Positions 55,440 through 64,000 of a stretch of DNA of 64,000 nt are shown one piece after another. The position numbers and the translations under genes are program-made. The notes under the pieces are model-generated. The model had not been told where the DNA came from. It saw only the letters and a list, made by a program, of their open reading frames with translations, and did not search any database. The stretch is from positions 138,095 to 202,094 of the forward strand of contig CAVRUH010000007.1 in assembly GCA_963724325.1 (NCBI GenBank), written 5' to 3'. The stretch's first letter is position 1. Every line of letters begins with the position of its first letter. Source of the stretch: Waddliaceae bacterium (GTDB taxonomy: Bacteria > Chlamydiota > Chlamydiia > Chlamydiales > Waddliaceae).

Positions 55440-55510
55440 TATTTAATATGGTTTTTTTTTGTGTTGCATTCCCTAATATCTCTTGCTATACAACCAGATA
55501 TAACTTTTAA
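54347..55510 (+). CDS. IS481-family DDE transposase (rve integrase core)
   Basis: 387 aa. HTH region ...NTVDLWVERYKIEGRSGLVNRSRAP. DDE blocks HQEDVKHL, VQTDNGSEFGG and NADVESIH. The ORF reads through the right IR. Confidence 0.8.
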   Translation: MKSKHEPTPYCNMVNKRSKAEQEAIRLQMVRYAEKHGKNATEKKFGCSKNTVDLWVERYKIEGRSGLVNRSRAPKNIPHKTSQEDEDYIVKCRKEVPCYGPKRLKWFFEIKASEDAIRRILKSRGLARKRKKKHHTKNDLRAIKAKYKALTHHQEDVKHLKDIPYYWTQMQSLGLPKYQYTIRDTKSGGTVLGFADEYSEQYSILFTSFYLDWLKYFKVDLSEVIVQTDNGSEFGGGRQRGVKVDGFVDLIESRFGAKHNYIPPSMSNANADVESIHNTIEVEFFDLEKFSSRDDFFIKTQMYQNFYNFSRPNFSKKAKTPVQIITEDRNISPSVLFTPIVDLDKLYRSQFFPGEGGQHVPNLSVFNMVFFCVAFPNISCYTTRYNF

Positions 55511-55537
55511 TTCACCGCTACTTCTTTGGAGACTATT

Positions 55538-56499
55538 ATGTTCGATAAATCCTTGAAAAGACTGATAGCACGCTTTGTCTGGAGTCAGCTTTTCCTTGTC
55601 TTTACTATCAATAATCCATCACTGTACGCTGACACAATCTTCGTCACTAGCTTCGTAGCGACTATGGAGAGGGTACTCTAGGAGCCGCTATTCTGGCTGC
55701 GGGAGATGGCGATATTATCGACTGTTCTCCCATTGCTGGACAAACAATCTACCTGTCAGTCTCCTTGCCTGCGATAGGATACAATTTTACATCGTTAACA
55801 TCATTCCTCACCATTCTTGGAAATGGCGTGATTATCGATGGTGGAAGCACTTACCAAGCTTTCTCATTAGCCTTAGGGTCTGCAACTATTACAGATCTCA
55901 CCGTTCAAAATGCCGTCTCGCATGGTGGTGCAGGTGGTTCAGGACTCACTGGCGGCGGCGGAACCGGGGGCGGAGGCTTTGGCGGCGGCTCTGGAGGCAG
56001 TGCAGTCGAGCTTAAGCTATACCTATGATAACTTTGATTGGAAACATTCTGGCGGCAAAGCAACAATTAACAGCTACTATGGCGGATTCTACGGTCTTTG
56101 GAACTGTGATGGATTTTACATTAATGCGGCTGTTCTCGGCGGACAAAACAGATGTAGAACTTCACGCCATCTTAACTTTGGAACGATAGATAGACATGCC
56201 CGCTCGCACCACACCGGGGATGAATGGCTGACCAATTTCGGGTTTGAAACTGTTCGCATTAATCTGGATATTTCTTGACGAATCTACACAAAATGTGTAG
56301 ATTCGTCAAGAAATATCCAGATTTATGCGAACAGTTTCAAACCCCTTATATTAATCTGGATTATGTCCAACTTCATGAACACAGCTTTACTGATCAAGGC
56401 TTCTGCGGTATGTTTGATGCCTCGATCTATTAAGATACTGAAATAGGTAATAGATACTGGGTACAGGATGTCAGATTCGACGCCAGTCTTCATTTCTAG
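55538..56499 (+). pseudogene. Pmp/autotransporter-like gene relic (multiple frame breaks, internal loss, palindrome insertion)
   Basis: Signal-like MFDKSLKRLIARFVWSQLF. Passenger GAAILAAGDGDII and Gly-rich GGAGGSGLTGGGGTGGGG. Beta-barrel pieces YYGGFYGLWNCDGFYINAAVLGG... and PYINLDYVQLHEHSFTDQG... ending RFDASLHF*. Confidence 0.65.
56241..56343. repeat. 103-bp near-perfect palindrome inside the Pmp-like relic
   Basis: 50-nt arms (GGTTTGAAACTGTTCGCATTAATCTGGATATTTCTTGACGAATCTACACA and its reverse complement) with 1 mismatch, around a central AAA. Confidence 0.9.
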
Positions 56500-56532
56500 T
56501 ACTCTATTTAATTGAGAAGGAAGATTTAAGCA

Positions 56533-58704
56533 CTAAGGATATTCTTTTTCCATGTCTTTAAGTCTAAGTTGTAAATTCATAATATCTTGATAGTCAGATC
56601 CAAATAAATTTTGATCTTTAGTTGATATTTTTTTATTAAGGTCATCTTGTTTCGCTTTGATTCTTGATTTTAACGAATCAATAGTTGTTGAATTAGACTT
56701 TTCCCTGCTGAAATGGGGTATGGTAATTCCGATGGCATTGGCATTGTCGGCTTTGCCTTGTCGAACGTGACCCCCTTCGCTAAACTTACTGCGATTTTCC
56801 AACCTACCAATTTTATCATCTACGCTTGCTGTAACATATGCGTGTTCTTGTAGTGTTTTTAGTGCACTATCCACAGTGTCTGTTCCTTGGGTCAGTTTTA
56901 AGACTTGACTAGCCATGAATTTGCTAATTGCTGACTCGCCCTGCGCATGATCTACTGCATCCCACGATGTGACGTTGCTAAACTGTTGAGGGTCTAACAT
57001 TTGGGGTGTGATGCCGAGATTGTCCGGATTCAAGTTGTCGTGAATCCCATCAGACATTAAAATGATCTGGTCACCTGGTTTAACCATTAGTGTTGCAACA
57101 CTAAGGCTTCGTAAGTCGTCAGGTTCATTCTCTTTGCCTGATACCCTTCCACCGCTATCAGTTGGGTCGGTAAGGTTGCCTCGACTGCCGACGCTAATCT
57201 CTTGGCACTTTCTTGGATTCCCATTACTGATAACAAATGCCTTACAGTCACCTATCCATGAAACTACTGCATGTCCCCCAATTATGCTGACCTGTCCCAT
57301 TGTTGCCTCACCGCCTGTATTAGCAGCAGTGGCTGCACTTTTTGCTTCCCTTAAAGCCATAAGGTGCTGTTTGGCTACATCGCGCAGGCTTGACACGTTC
57401 TCGGGCTTGATTCCATCTTTGAGGGCTTTAGCTGCTGCATTGGCTGCTTTTTGTGCGCACTGCTGTGATGCCACGCTTTGTCCGCACCCGTCAGCAAAAA
57501 CCAGATTTAGGGAGTGTTGAGATGTACTCGATGTGCAATAGTCGTGGTTCCTCTCAGTGGAGGCATTCTGGAAAATCATGCCATCTGTATGTCGCCAACC
57601 CTCATTGTTTTTATTTTCTATTGTTGTCTCGTGGCCATTTGGGTCTATCGTTACAAATGAAGTTATACGTCCCTCGGCATTTAATAAGACAGAACCTTCT
57701 TTAGGTCGCAAGCCGTAATTGTTGAAAGAGCGTGAGGCAATTGTTTCGTCTTTCGGTATACCACCACCCCCTTTGATGTTGACAGGAGTATCAGGGATTC
57801 CTTTTAGAATTTCATTTTCAATCTGTTCACGTTTATCGGAAAGACTTTTCACGTGCTCTTTCAACTCTGTGCCAATTTTATTTTTTAGCAAACTATCGAG
57901 TCCGAAGACATCTTTTTCGGGATCGGATTTCTCCGTTAAAAGTGTTAAGATCTGAATGGAACCATAAGGTTGTTTATAAGGTATTCCCTTTTCGACATCT
58001 TCAGTCGATGGTTTTTTTGCCTCTGATTCTGCTTGTTGGCGAATTTTCTTCACGTCGCTAGATGAAGCCCAGCCCAATTTAACAACCTCATTTTCCAATG
58101 TGGCCATGGCATTTTCGTGCTTATTTTTATTTTGATCATCTTTGGCATAATTCTTGCCAGTGGCCAGCCCCAAGAATAGGTCTTTGATAATTTGGGTACT
58201 TGATTCAGCATTTTTACTTTTCCAGTCGATATGGAAATCTTTGGGAACACCGGATGATACAATCTCACCTTTCTGCATTCCCAATTCTTGAGTTTTAGTA
58301 TCTTTAGCAAGTTTTAAGATTTCGTAAAATTTTTTAGTTACAGCGTTATTATTAATGTTTCCACTTGAAATGGAGCCTGCGTGTTCATTGACCCATTCTT
58401 TTGCACTTTTTGATGCTATATTGTCTAACTGGGTATGGAAATCTTTCAATTGTTGAGCTGTTACTTTTTGTACTTTTGCGCTACCGGTTATTAGGTCTAT
58501 TAGGCCTTTTCCAATCCCGTTTTTGAATACTTCTTTTGTCGCCTCCATGCGGGTCATAGCTTTAAATTCACCCTCTTGGAGGTAAACGTACTTTTTCCCC
58601 GACAATGAACCGGCTTTTGGTTCTTTTGCAGCCTCTTTGTATGCATTTTGTAATGATTCTAGATTATGATGAGCTGAGATGGATGAGTTTTTTGAAGCAT
58701 CCAT
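56533..58704 (-). CDS. Large protein with a PP2C-like (PPM) Ser/Thr phosphatase domain
   Basis: 723 aa. LVFADGCGQS, VSWIGDCKAFVI and IILMSDGIHDNL match PPM motifs (DGxGG / GDSR / SDG). Long N-terminal region without motifs. Confidence 0.6.
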   Translation of the reverse strand: MDASKNSSISAHHNLESLQNAYKEAAKEPKAGSLSGKKYVYLQEGEFKAMTRMEATKEVFKNGIGKGLIDLITGSAKVQKVTAQQLKDFHTQLDNIASKSAKEWVNEHAGSISSGNINNNAVTKKFYEILKLAKDTKTQELGMQKGEIVSSGVPKDFHIDWKSKNAESSTQIIKDLFLGLATGKNYAKDDQNKNKHENAMATLENEVVKLGWASSSDVKKIRQQAESEAKKPSTEDVEKGIPYKQPYGSIQILTLLTEKSDPEKDVFGLDSLLKNKIGTELKEHVKSLSDKREQIENEILKGIPDTPVNIKGGGGIPKDETIASRSFNNYGLRPKEGSVLLNAEGRITSFVTIDPNGHETTIENKNNEGWRHTDGMIFQNASTERNHDYCTSSTSQHSLNLVFADGCGQSVASQQCAQKAANAAAKALKDGIKPENVSSLRDVAKQHLMALREAKSAATAANTGGEATMGQVSIIGGHAVVSWIGDCKAFVISNGNPRKCQEISVGSRGNLTDPTDSGGRVSGKENEPDDLRSLSVATLMVKPGDQIILMSDGIHDNLNPDNLGITPQMLDPQQFSNVTSWDAVDHAQGESAISKFMASQVLKLTQGTDTVDSALKTLQEHAYVTASVDDKIGRLENRSKFSEGGHVRQGKADNANAIGITIPHFSREKSNSTTIDSLKSRIKAKQDDLNKKISTKDQNLFGSDYQDIMNLQLRLKDMEKEYP

Positions 58705-59064
58705 AAAAAACCTCCGAGAATATGATTAAATTATAATGTTTTAGCATTTTGATTCAGGTGTCTTGTTTGGTGCATTTTTATTATTAGCAATAGCTTTAGA
58801 GTCTTGGTTAGATTCTGTTTGCATATTCCAATTTCCGTCATGGAAACCTGAAATTCTGTTCATAATTTACCTCATTATTTATAAAAAATATTATAAAAAA
58901 ATCAATTTATTAACAATCACTAAACTACCTAAGCCAATTATATCATTTATTGATATTAATTCAAATATTTTTTAAACAGAAAAAAGGCAATATAAAAACA
59001 GCATAAAGCAGGAGTTATGTTGGGCGGTAAGCTTTCTATTGTTTAATCGTAAGGTCTGAACCTT

Positions 59065-60060
59065 TCATCTTAATGCATTATTAACAATATTTTGAGCGTC
59101 AGCTAGGATTTTTTTTAGGTGATCTTCGCCTAAAAAGCTTTCTGCATAAATTTTATAAATGTCTTCTGTTCCTGAAGGGCGGGCAGCAAACCACCCATTT
59201 TTTGTTATTACTTTCACTCCGCCGATAGGAGCGCTGTTCCCAGGGGCTTGAGTTAATATAGACTGAATTTTCTCTCCGGCAAGGTCCGAACTTCCCATGT
59301 CTGTCGTGGTCTGTATCACAAGCGAAGGCGATCTCAAAGCGATCCTTCAAATGTATTAAACGTTGCATGGCATAAGGAGAAGAAGGATCCATGCGAATTT
59401 GACCGTCCCAATCGACAGTCATAAAACTAAATGCGGGGTCGACAACTTCGCTGACGACAGTAAGATTCAAATTGTATTGATCAGCAATCTTCTTCCAATA
59501 ATGAACACCTGCACCTCCAAGAGGATCTACTCCTAGGCTGATTTTGGATTTACTTATGATATCCATATCAATCACGTTGATAAGATCATTAATATATTTT
59601 TCTTGATAATTATGCCGATGAGTTGTGGGAGCATTTATTGCCTTTTCATATGCAATTCGTTTTACACCAGACAATTTATTTTCAAGATATCCATTAGCTT
59701 TCTTTTCGATCCAGCTTGTGACTGCGAGGTCTGCAGGGCCGCCGTTTGGAGGGTTGTATTTAAATCCACCTTCATGAGGGGGATTATGGGAGGGTGTAAT
59801 GACAATTCCATCGGCAGGGTTTGTTTTTCTGTTAGAGTTGTAGGTAAGAATGGCATGAGAGATCACTGGAGTTGGGGTGTATTCATCACCTTCAGAAAGC
59901 ATGACTTGCACACCATTGGCAGCGAGCACTTCCATACTGCTTGCCAGTGCTGGGGTAGAAAGTGCATGTGTATCCATTCCTAGAAATAGGGGACCATTAA
60001 TTTTTTGTTGGAGACGATAATCGCATATTGCTTGGGTAATTACCAAGATGTGATTTTCAC
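59065..60060 (-). pseudogene. pgm: Phosphoglucomutase copy lacking the N-terminus and carrying a ~0.48-kb internal deletion with a frame change
   Basis: Contains the active-site loop TPSHNPPHEGGFKYNPPNGGPA. Relative to the 63-kb copy, sequence 63301-~63777 is missing (junction ~59293/59294). Homology to Pgm starts only at SFSENHILVITQAI. Confidence 0.8.
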
Positions 60061-60064
60061 TAAA

Positions 60065-60263
60065 TGATTTGCTGAAGGAATTGCAGGTCCATGAATCCAA
60101 GCTTCAAATCCTTCAGAAAACAAGGGTTTATCAGTTAAAGCTAAAGTCCAGGCCTGTGCATAGTACACCAGTTTTTGCAACTTTTTATTTGAAATGCTTT
60201 TTTAGAAGATTTCAGGCTAAGATAGATAAAATATTCTGCGATGTCTTCAGCGCTTTTGAGCAT
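60065..60263 (-). pseudogene. DUF4065/Panacea-domain gene fragment (frameshifted) abutting the pgm relic
   Basis: MLKSAEDIAEYFIYLS..., then in another frame ISNKKLQKLVYYAQAWTLALTDKPLFSEGFEAWIHGPAIPS, the DUF4065 N-terminal signature. Confidence 0.55.
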
Positions 60264-60444
60264 AAAAATCCTTATTTATTCGACCATTTGGAAAACCGAA
60301 AACGATAACTTCAGCCACTTTAGCAGAATAAACCTTTATCAATCAAGGTATAATCTATTTTTCTGCACCCACATAATTGTTATATAAGTCTTTGGTAAAA
60401 ATCTGGCAAGAGCTTTTTTTCCAGCAACAGGGTCTAATCTGGTC

Positions 60445-60477
60445 GTGGAAAGCACCGATTTAATCGGTGCTTTCCAC
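60445..60477. terminator. Perfect 15-bp hairpin (possible terminator) 11 nt downstream of the stop of gene 60489-61742
   Basis: GTGGAAAGCACCGAT-TTA-ATCGGTGCTTTCCAC. No clear U-tract on either strand. Confidence 0.35.
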
Positions 60478-60488
60478 AACCCCTTTCT

Positions 60489-61742
60489 CTAACCATTAAG
60501 GATGTTTTTCTTTATCTCTTCGGCATCTTTGATTAATTGCTGTGAGTCCTGTTTGTGAAAATTGAAGGTATCGAGTGCTCTATTTATATGTTTAACTGCC
60601 AGATCTTTTTCTTTTTTTGAAAATTTAACCTTGGCCATTTGCATGTTATACAATCCGAAATATTGATGATCATTTTTGTGGTCAAGGAGCTCGTCAGTTT
60701 CGGGATTTCGCTCGCTTCTGCAAGCATCTGCGTGTTCTAAACTTTTTGCAATATAGAGTTCTGCTTCATCGAAATTGCTTTCTTTGAGGGCAAAGCCCGA
60801 TCTTCTACAATAGAGATTTGCCACCAAAAATGGATCTTGCTCTTCAATTTTTAAGCTTTCTCGAATTCTTATTGCTTCCATAAGAAATTTCTTTGCCTGC
60901 TCTAGGTTGCCGATCACTGCGTAGTCGCAGGACTTCAAATTGGCAACTCTTGCCAAGAAATGAAGTGAGGGATTAATTTGAGAGGCTTTATCAAGCCATA
61001 AATGCGATGCATCAACACTTTCCGGATTTTTTCTTCGTTCAATACGGCTTAATCCATTATAATAAAGTTCCGCAAGCTCCAGCTTGGATTTTGGGTTATC
61101 TAAACGACTTAACAGGCTATCAGCAAGGAAACAGACCTGATCAATTCTTTTATGATTTAAGGCTTGTCTATCTGCATTGTCATCTTTTTCTTGAAAGCCT
61201 GCTGTATGACCTAAGCCATTACACAGCCAATAAAGCGTGTAACCTAAGGTATGTATTTGATCCTCATCTAGATTGGAATTAAGAATTTGTTCTGAAAATG
61301 CTTTAATATCAAGACTGAGTAGTAGATTATCAAATGCTGAGAAGGGTCCGTGATCCATAAATTCATTTAACAAGTGAGCTAGGCTGCCTGTTTTTCCATC
61401 GATGCAGCAAAGATTGCACAGTTTGATTGCGTACAGTTGCAGATTTAGAGAAGCGCGCATCATTACCATGCAGTGAGGGTAGCAGTCTTCGTAGCAAAGT
61501 CTTCCGTATTTTGTAAAAATTTCGCTAATTAAGAGCAAGCTTTCAGGGTCCCTGGATTGAATTTCGGAATAAGCCCGCTCGAGAGTTAACTTTGCTTTAT
61601 CTTTTGAACTGATGGCATCTTTTTCTTCGCCCTTTACCACAGGAATCGGAATGACTAATTCTCTTACTTTTTCCTTTATTGTGTTTAAAAGGGATGGCTG
61701 TTGGTCAAAATTTGTCTTTGTGCTGGTTAATGATGAAATCAT
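60489..61742 (-). CDS. Hypothetical helical-repeat (TPR-like) protein
   Basis: 417 aa. Repeated A/L/Y-rich helical pairs (for example LANLYCRRSGFALKESNFDEAELYIAKSLEHA). No firm motif. Confidence 0.45.
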   Translation of the reverse strand: MISSLTSTKTNFDQQPSLLNTIKEKVRELVIPIPVVKGEEKDAISSKDKAKLTLERAYSEIQSRDPESLLLISEIFTKYGRLCYEDCYPHCMVMMRASLNLQLYAIKLCNLCCIDGKTGSLAHLLNEFMDHGPFSAFDNLLLSLDIKAFSEQILNSNLDEDQIHTLGYTLYWLCNGLGHTAGFQEKDDNADRQALNHKRIDQVCFLADSLLSRLDNPKSKLELAELYYNGLSRIERRKNPESVDASHLWLDKASQINPSLHFLARVANLKSCDYAVIGNLEQAKKFLMEAIRIRESLKIEEQDPFLVANLYCRRSGFALKESNFDEAELYIAKSLEHADACRSERNPETDELLDHKNDHQYFGLYNMQMAKVKFSKKEKDLAVKHINRALDTFNFHKQDSQQLIKDAEEIKKNILNG

Positions 61743-61955
61743 GAAATTTGTCCCCTGTCTTTTATTTATGGGTTCATATTAAAGGATTTTGATTTAAAAA
61801 TCAATAATTATTATTCATCCCCTCGTCTTACTCTTATTTTTATGCTGTTTATATTTGTTATTATCTTGTTTTTATATATTACTATTTTGACACTTTGTTG
61901 ACATTTAATTATTTTTATGTTTTAATAAAAACAGTGATATTGAGGGAGGTACGTT

Positions 61956-63038
61956 ATGCAAATGCCAACTGGAGAGAGTCATAATCTTGGAGTTTGGAAG
62001 AGGGCTGGGGTGGACCCAACCCTGAAGGATGCCAAAGAAGGTTTGCAGCTCCCCAAAATGGGAGTATATCAAGGTAGAAAGATATCACAAAGCGAGGGAA
62101 GTTCTAAGGCAAAAGATGTGTTCGAAGGCTTTAATGAGGCTCTACGTAAAATGCCTGATTGGGGTGTTCGCAGATCACCTCAATCCTTGGACAAGCAGGT
62201 AAATCTCCAATTTACACGATCTAAAAAAAATATAACCCATATAGATGGCCAACAAGAGAAAGGGTCCGATAATGTTAATACAAAATCAATCCTTAAAAAA
62301 ACAAATGCGGTGACCAGAGTTATTGCAAAAGTTAACCCTTTTAAGACAACAAAAGAAGTAAGTCTTGGATTAACAGAAGAAAAATTAGAATTAGAAGATA
62401 AAAAACCATATAGATTTGGGACAATAAAGGCGCCCGATAAAAATACTGGAGAAATGGTTGACAAAACATATTCATATGAGAGAAAACTAATGATTGATGC
62501 AAAGAATAGGCCAGTACTTTCGGATTATCTAGATAATTTAATGTCATCTGGAAAATCAGTCACTCCTAATAATCTTACCGATGCTTTTGAAAAACAACTC
62601 GTCAAGCATTACCCAGATAAATTTTCAGATCAAAGAACTGCTATAAATTTTGTTAAGGGAACCATGACAGATGTTTTGTCTGAATTTTATGTGCAAGTAA
62701 AAAATAGACAATTATCATTGAGTGATGCAGTAAACAACTTTAAAGATGAGTTTATTAAACAACTAAAGGCGAAAAATAAAAATGAAGTCGAACTTGATGC
62801 TGAGACCCTAAAGGATATACTTGGGGAACATATTGGGGGAAAGTCAGCTAATGTGCCAGAAGATTTCCCAGCAGATATTTTCGCACAAAAAAAGGAAGAG
62901 TATGCAGAAACAAATGAAGTTACTTCGGTGATTTATACTGATGAGTTCATCAAGGATTGGGAAAACATGACACCGGCCTTAGAAAAAGTGATGGATAATG
63001 CCGCATTCAAGAATCTGCTTCAAAAATGCTTTACTTAA
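61956..63038 (+). CDS. Hypothetical Lys-rich protein
   Basis: 360-aa ORF with GGAGG upstream. No motif. Confidence 0.45.
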   Translation: MQMPTGESHNLGVWKRAGVDPTLKDAKEGLQLPKMGVYQGRKISQSEGSSKAKDVFEGFNEALRKMPDWGVRRSPQSLDKQVNLQFTRSKKNITHIDGQQEKGSDNVNTKSILKKTNAVTRVIAKVNPFKTTKEVSLGLTEEKLELEDKKPYRFGTIKAPDKNTGEMVDKTYSYERKLMIDAKNRPVLSDYLDNLMSSGKSVTPNNLTDAFEKQLVKHYPDKFSDQRTAINFVKGTMTDVLSEFYVQVKNRQLSLSDAVNNFKDEFIKQLKAKNKNEVELDAETLKDILGEHIGGKSANVPEDFPADIFAQKKEEYAETNEVTSVIYTDEFIKDWENMTPALEKVMDNAAFKNLLQKCFT

Positions 63039-63071
63039 GCACCCACTTTGACTACAAAGGGTCTGAACCTT

Positions 63072-64000
63072 TCATCTTAATGCATTATTAACAATATTTT
63101 GAGCGTCAGCTAGGATTTTTTTTAGGTGATCTTTGCCTAAAAAGCTTTCTGCATAAATTTTATAAATGTCTTCTGTTCCTGAAGGGCGGGCAGCAAACCA
63201 CCCATTTTTTGTTATTACTTTCACTCCGCCGATAGGAGCGCTGTTCCCAGGCGCTTGAGTTAATATAGACTGAATTTTCTCTCCGGCAAGGTCCGAACTT
63301 GTGATTTGTTTAGAAGACAATTTTTTCAATCGCTCTTTTTGTTCTGGCGTAGCTTTGGCTTCTACTCTGTCATATATGGGATTGCCGAGTTCTTGTGTTA
63401 ATTCTTTGTATATTTCACCGGGATCTTTGCCTAGGCGTGCCGTCATTTCAGCAGCAAGAAGTGCAAGAATAATTCCATCTTTATCTGTGGACCAAACAGA
63501 GCCATTTTTTCGAGCAAAGGAAGCCCCTGCGCTCTCTTCTCCACCGAATGTAAGTGATCCGTCGAACAATCCGTCAACAAACCACTTAAAGCCAACAGGA
63601 ACCTCATAGAGTTTTCGCTTAAGTTTGTCAGAGACTCGATCGAGCATTTGGCTGCTTACCAAAGTTTTTCCCACCATTGCTTCTTTACTCCATTGTTCCC
63701 GATGGGTGAAGAGATAGAAAACAGCTGCTGAAAGGTAGTGATTTGGCGGCAGCAGGCCCGAACTTCTGCTTACAATTCCATGTCTGTCGTGGTCTGTATC
63801 ACAAGCGAAGGCGATCTCAAAGCGATCCTTCAAATGTATTAAACGTTGCATGGCATAAGGAGAAGAAGGATCCATGCGAATTTGACCGTCCCAATCGACA
63901 GTCATAAAACTAAATGTGGGGTCGACAACTTCGCTGACGACAGTAAGATTCAAATTGTATTGATCAGCAATCTTCTTCCAATAATGAACACCTGCACCTC
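63072..64000 (-). CDS. pgm: Phosphoglucomutase (alpha-D-glucose phosphate-specific), C-terminal part; continues beyond the window
   Basis: [10 protein letters not shown]...[29 protein letters not shown]...[16 protein letters not shown]...[22 protein letters not shown] aligns along its length with E. coli Pgm as I recall it. The ORF is open at the window edge. Confidence 0.9.
   Translation of the reverse strand, partial: GAGVHYWKKIADQYNLNLTVVSEVVDPTFSFMTVDWDGQIRMDPSSPYAMQRLIHLKDRFEIAFACDTDHDRHGIVSRSSGLLPPNHYLSAAVFYLFTHREQWSKEAMVGKTLVSSQMLDRVSDKLKRKLYEVPVGFKWFVDGLFDGSLTFGGEESAGASFARKNGSVWSTDKDGIILALLAAEMTARLGKDPGEIYKELTQELGNPIYDRVEAKATPEQKERLKKLSSKQITSSDLAGEKIQSILTQAPGNSAPIGGVKVITKNGWFAARPSGTEDIYKIYAESFLGKDHLKKILADAQNIVNNALR

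Noticed and set aside
55765-56278. ORFs 55765-56028 and 55910-56278 as independent genes
   Set aside because: Both are fragments, in different frames, of one decayed Pmp/autotransporter gene, so they are reported as a single pseudogene.
245-63609. Numerous 60-150-aa track ORFs lying antisense or out of frame within long motif-supported genes (for example 245-530, 2848-3282, 9218-9541, 35060-35983, 57062-57955, 59603-59983, 63301-63609)
   Set aside because: Each is fully contained in a longer gene that has family motifs, and none has motifs or translation signals of its own.
1-64000. CRISPR arrays and rRNA genes
   Set aside because: No regularly spaced short direct repeats with unique spacers were seen. 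The repeats found are palindromes, tRNA fragments or duplicated genes. Nothing resembles 16S, 23S or 5S rRNA.

Overview
This is a low-GC bacterial window. By inference only, it looks like an amoeba-associated, Chlamydia-like intracellular bacterium: a ~600-aa LepB, a Pmp-type autotransporter relic, and many Sec-signal or eukaryote-like proteins (ANK, IQ, macro, PP2C, Sel1/TPR).

Layout:
- 1-5 kb is core: lepB, pncB-pncA, a yggU-like gene and tRNA-Met(CAU).
- 5.0-31.5 kb is punctuated by 5-6 same-strand copies of the 3' 30-42 nt of tRNA-Met. Several copies are followed directly by copies or relics of a conserved 128-aa ORF. I read this as a stacked, decaying island array with no intact integrase.
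- Cargo of that array:
  - a secreted PLD, two exported paralogs and a 2H phosphoesterase;
  - orphan exported proteins;
  - a conflict-system stretch at 19.4-27.7 kb, with a frameshifted AbiEi/nucleotidyltransferase pair, an RNxxxHG HEPN protein, an HNH-like protein, a GC-richer orphan, and an apparently intact XRE-Panacea antitoxin plus RelE/ParE-like toxin;
  - an IQ-motif kinase-like protein;
  - GNAT and NUDIX genes.
- 31.5-43 kb encodes GyrI-like and SDR proteins, then a run of signal-peptide or TM-anchored enzymes (acylphosphatase, macrodomain, HAD, GNAT) plus an EEP-family protein, an M3 peptidase and an ankyrin protein.
- 43-47 kb is a stress cluster: CsbD, YciE, PfpI, BON and two DUF1328 genes.
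- 48-51.6 kb holds a racemase pseudogene, an SSF transporter and a VanX-like dipeptidase.
- 51.6-64 kb holds tandem paralogs, an IS481-type element with a 15-bp target duplication, a Pmp-like pseudogene split by a 103-bp palindrome, a PP2C-like protein, and a duplicated pgm of which one copy is a chimeric pseudogene.

Noncoding structure includes a ~55-bp palindromic repeat family, a 211-bp nested palindrome, and a promoter-leader cassette shared by two adjacent genes.

No rRNA genes or CRISPR arrays were seen. All family assignments rest on motifs read by eye; none has been checked by a database search.
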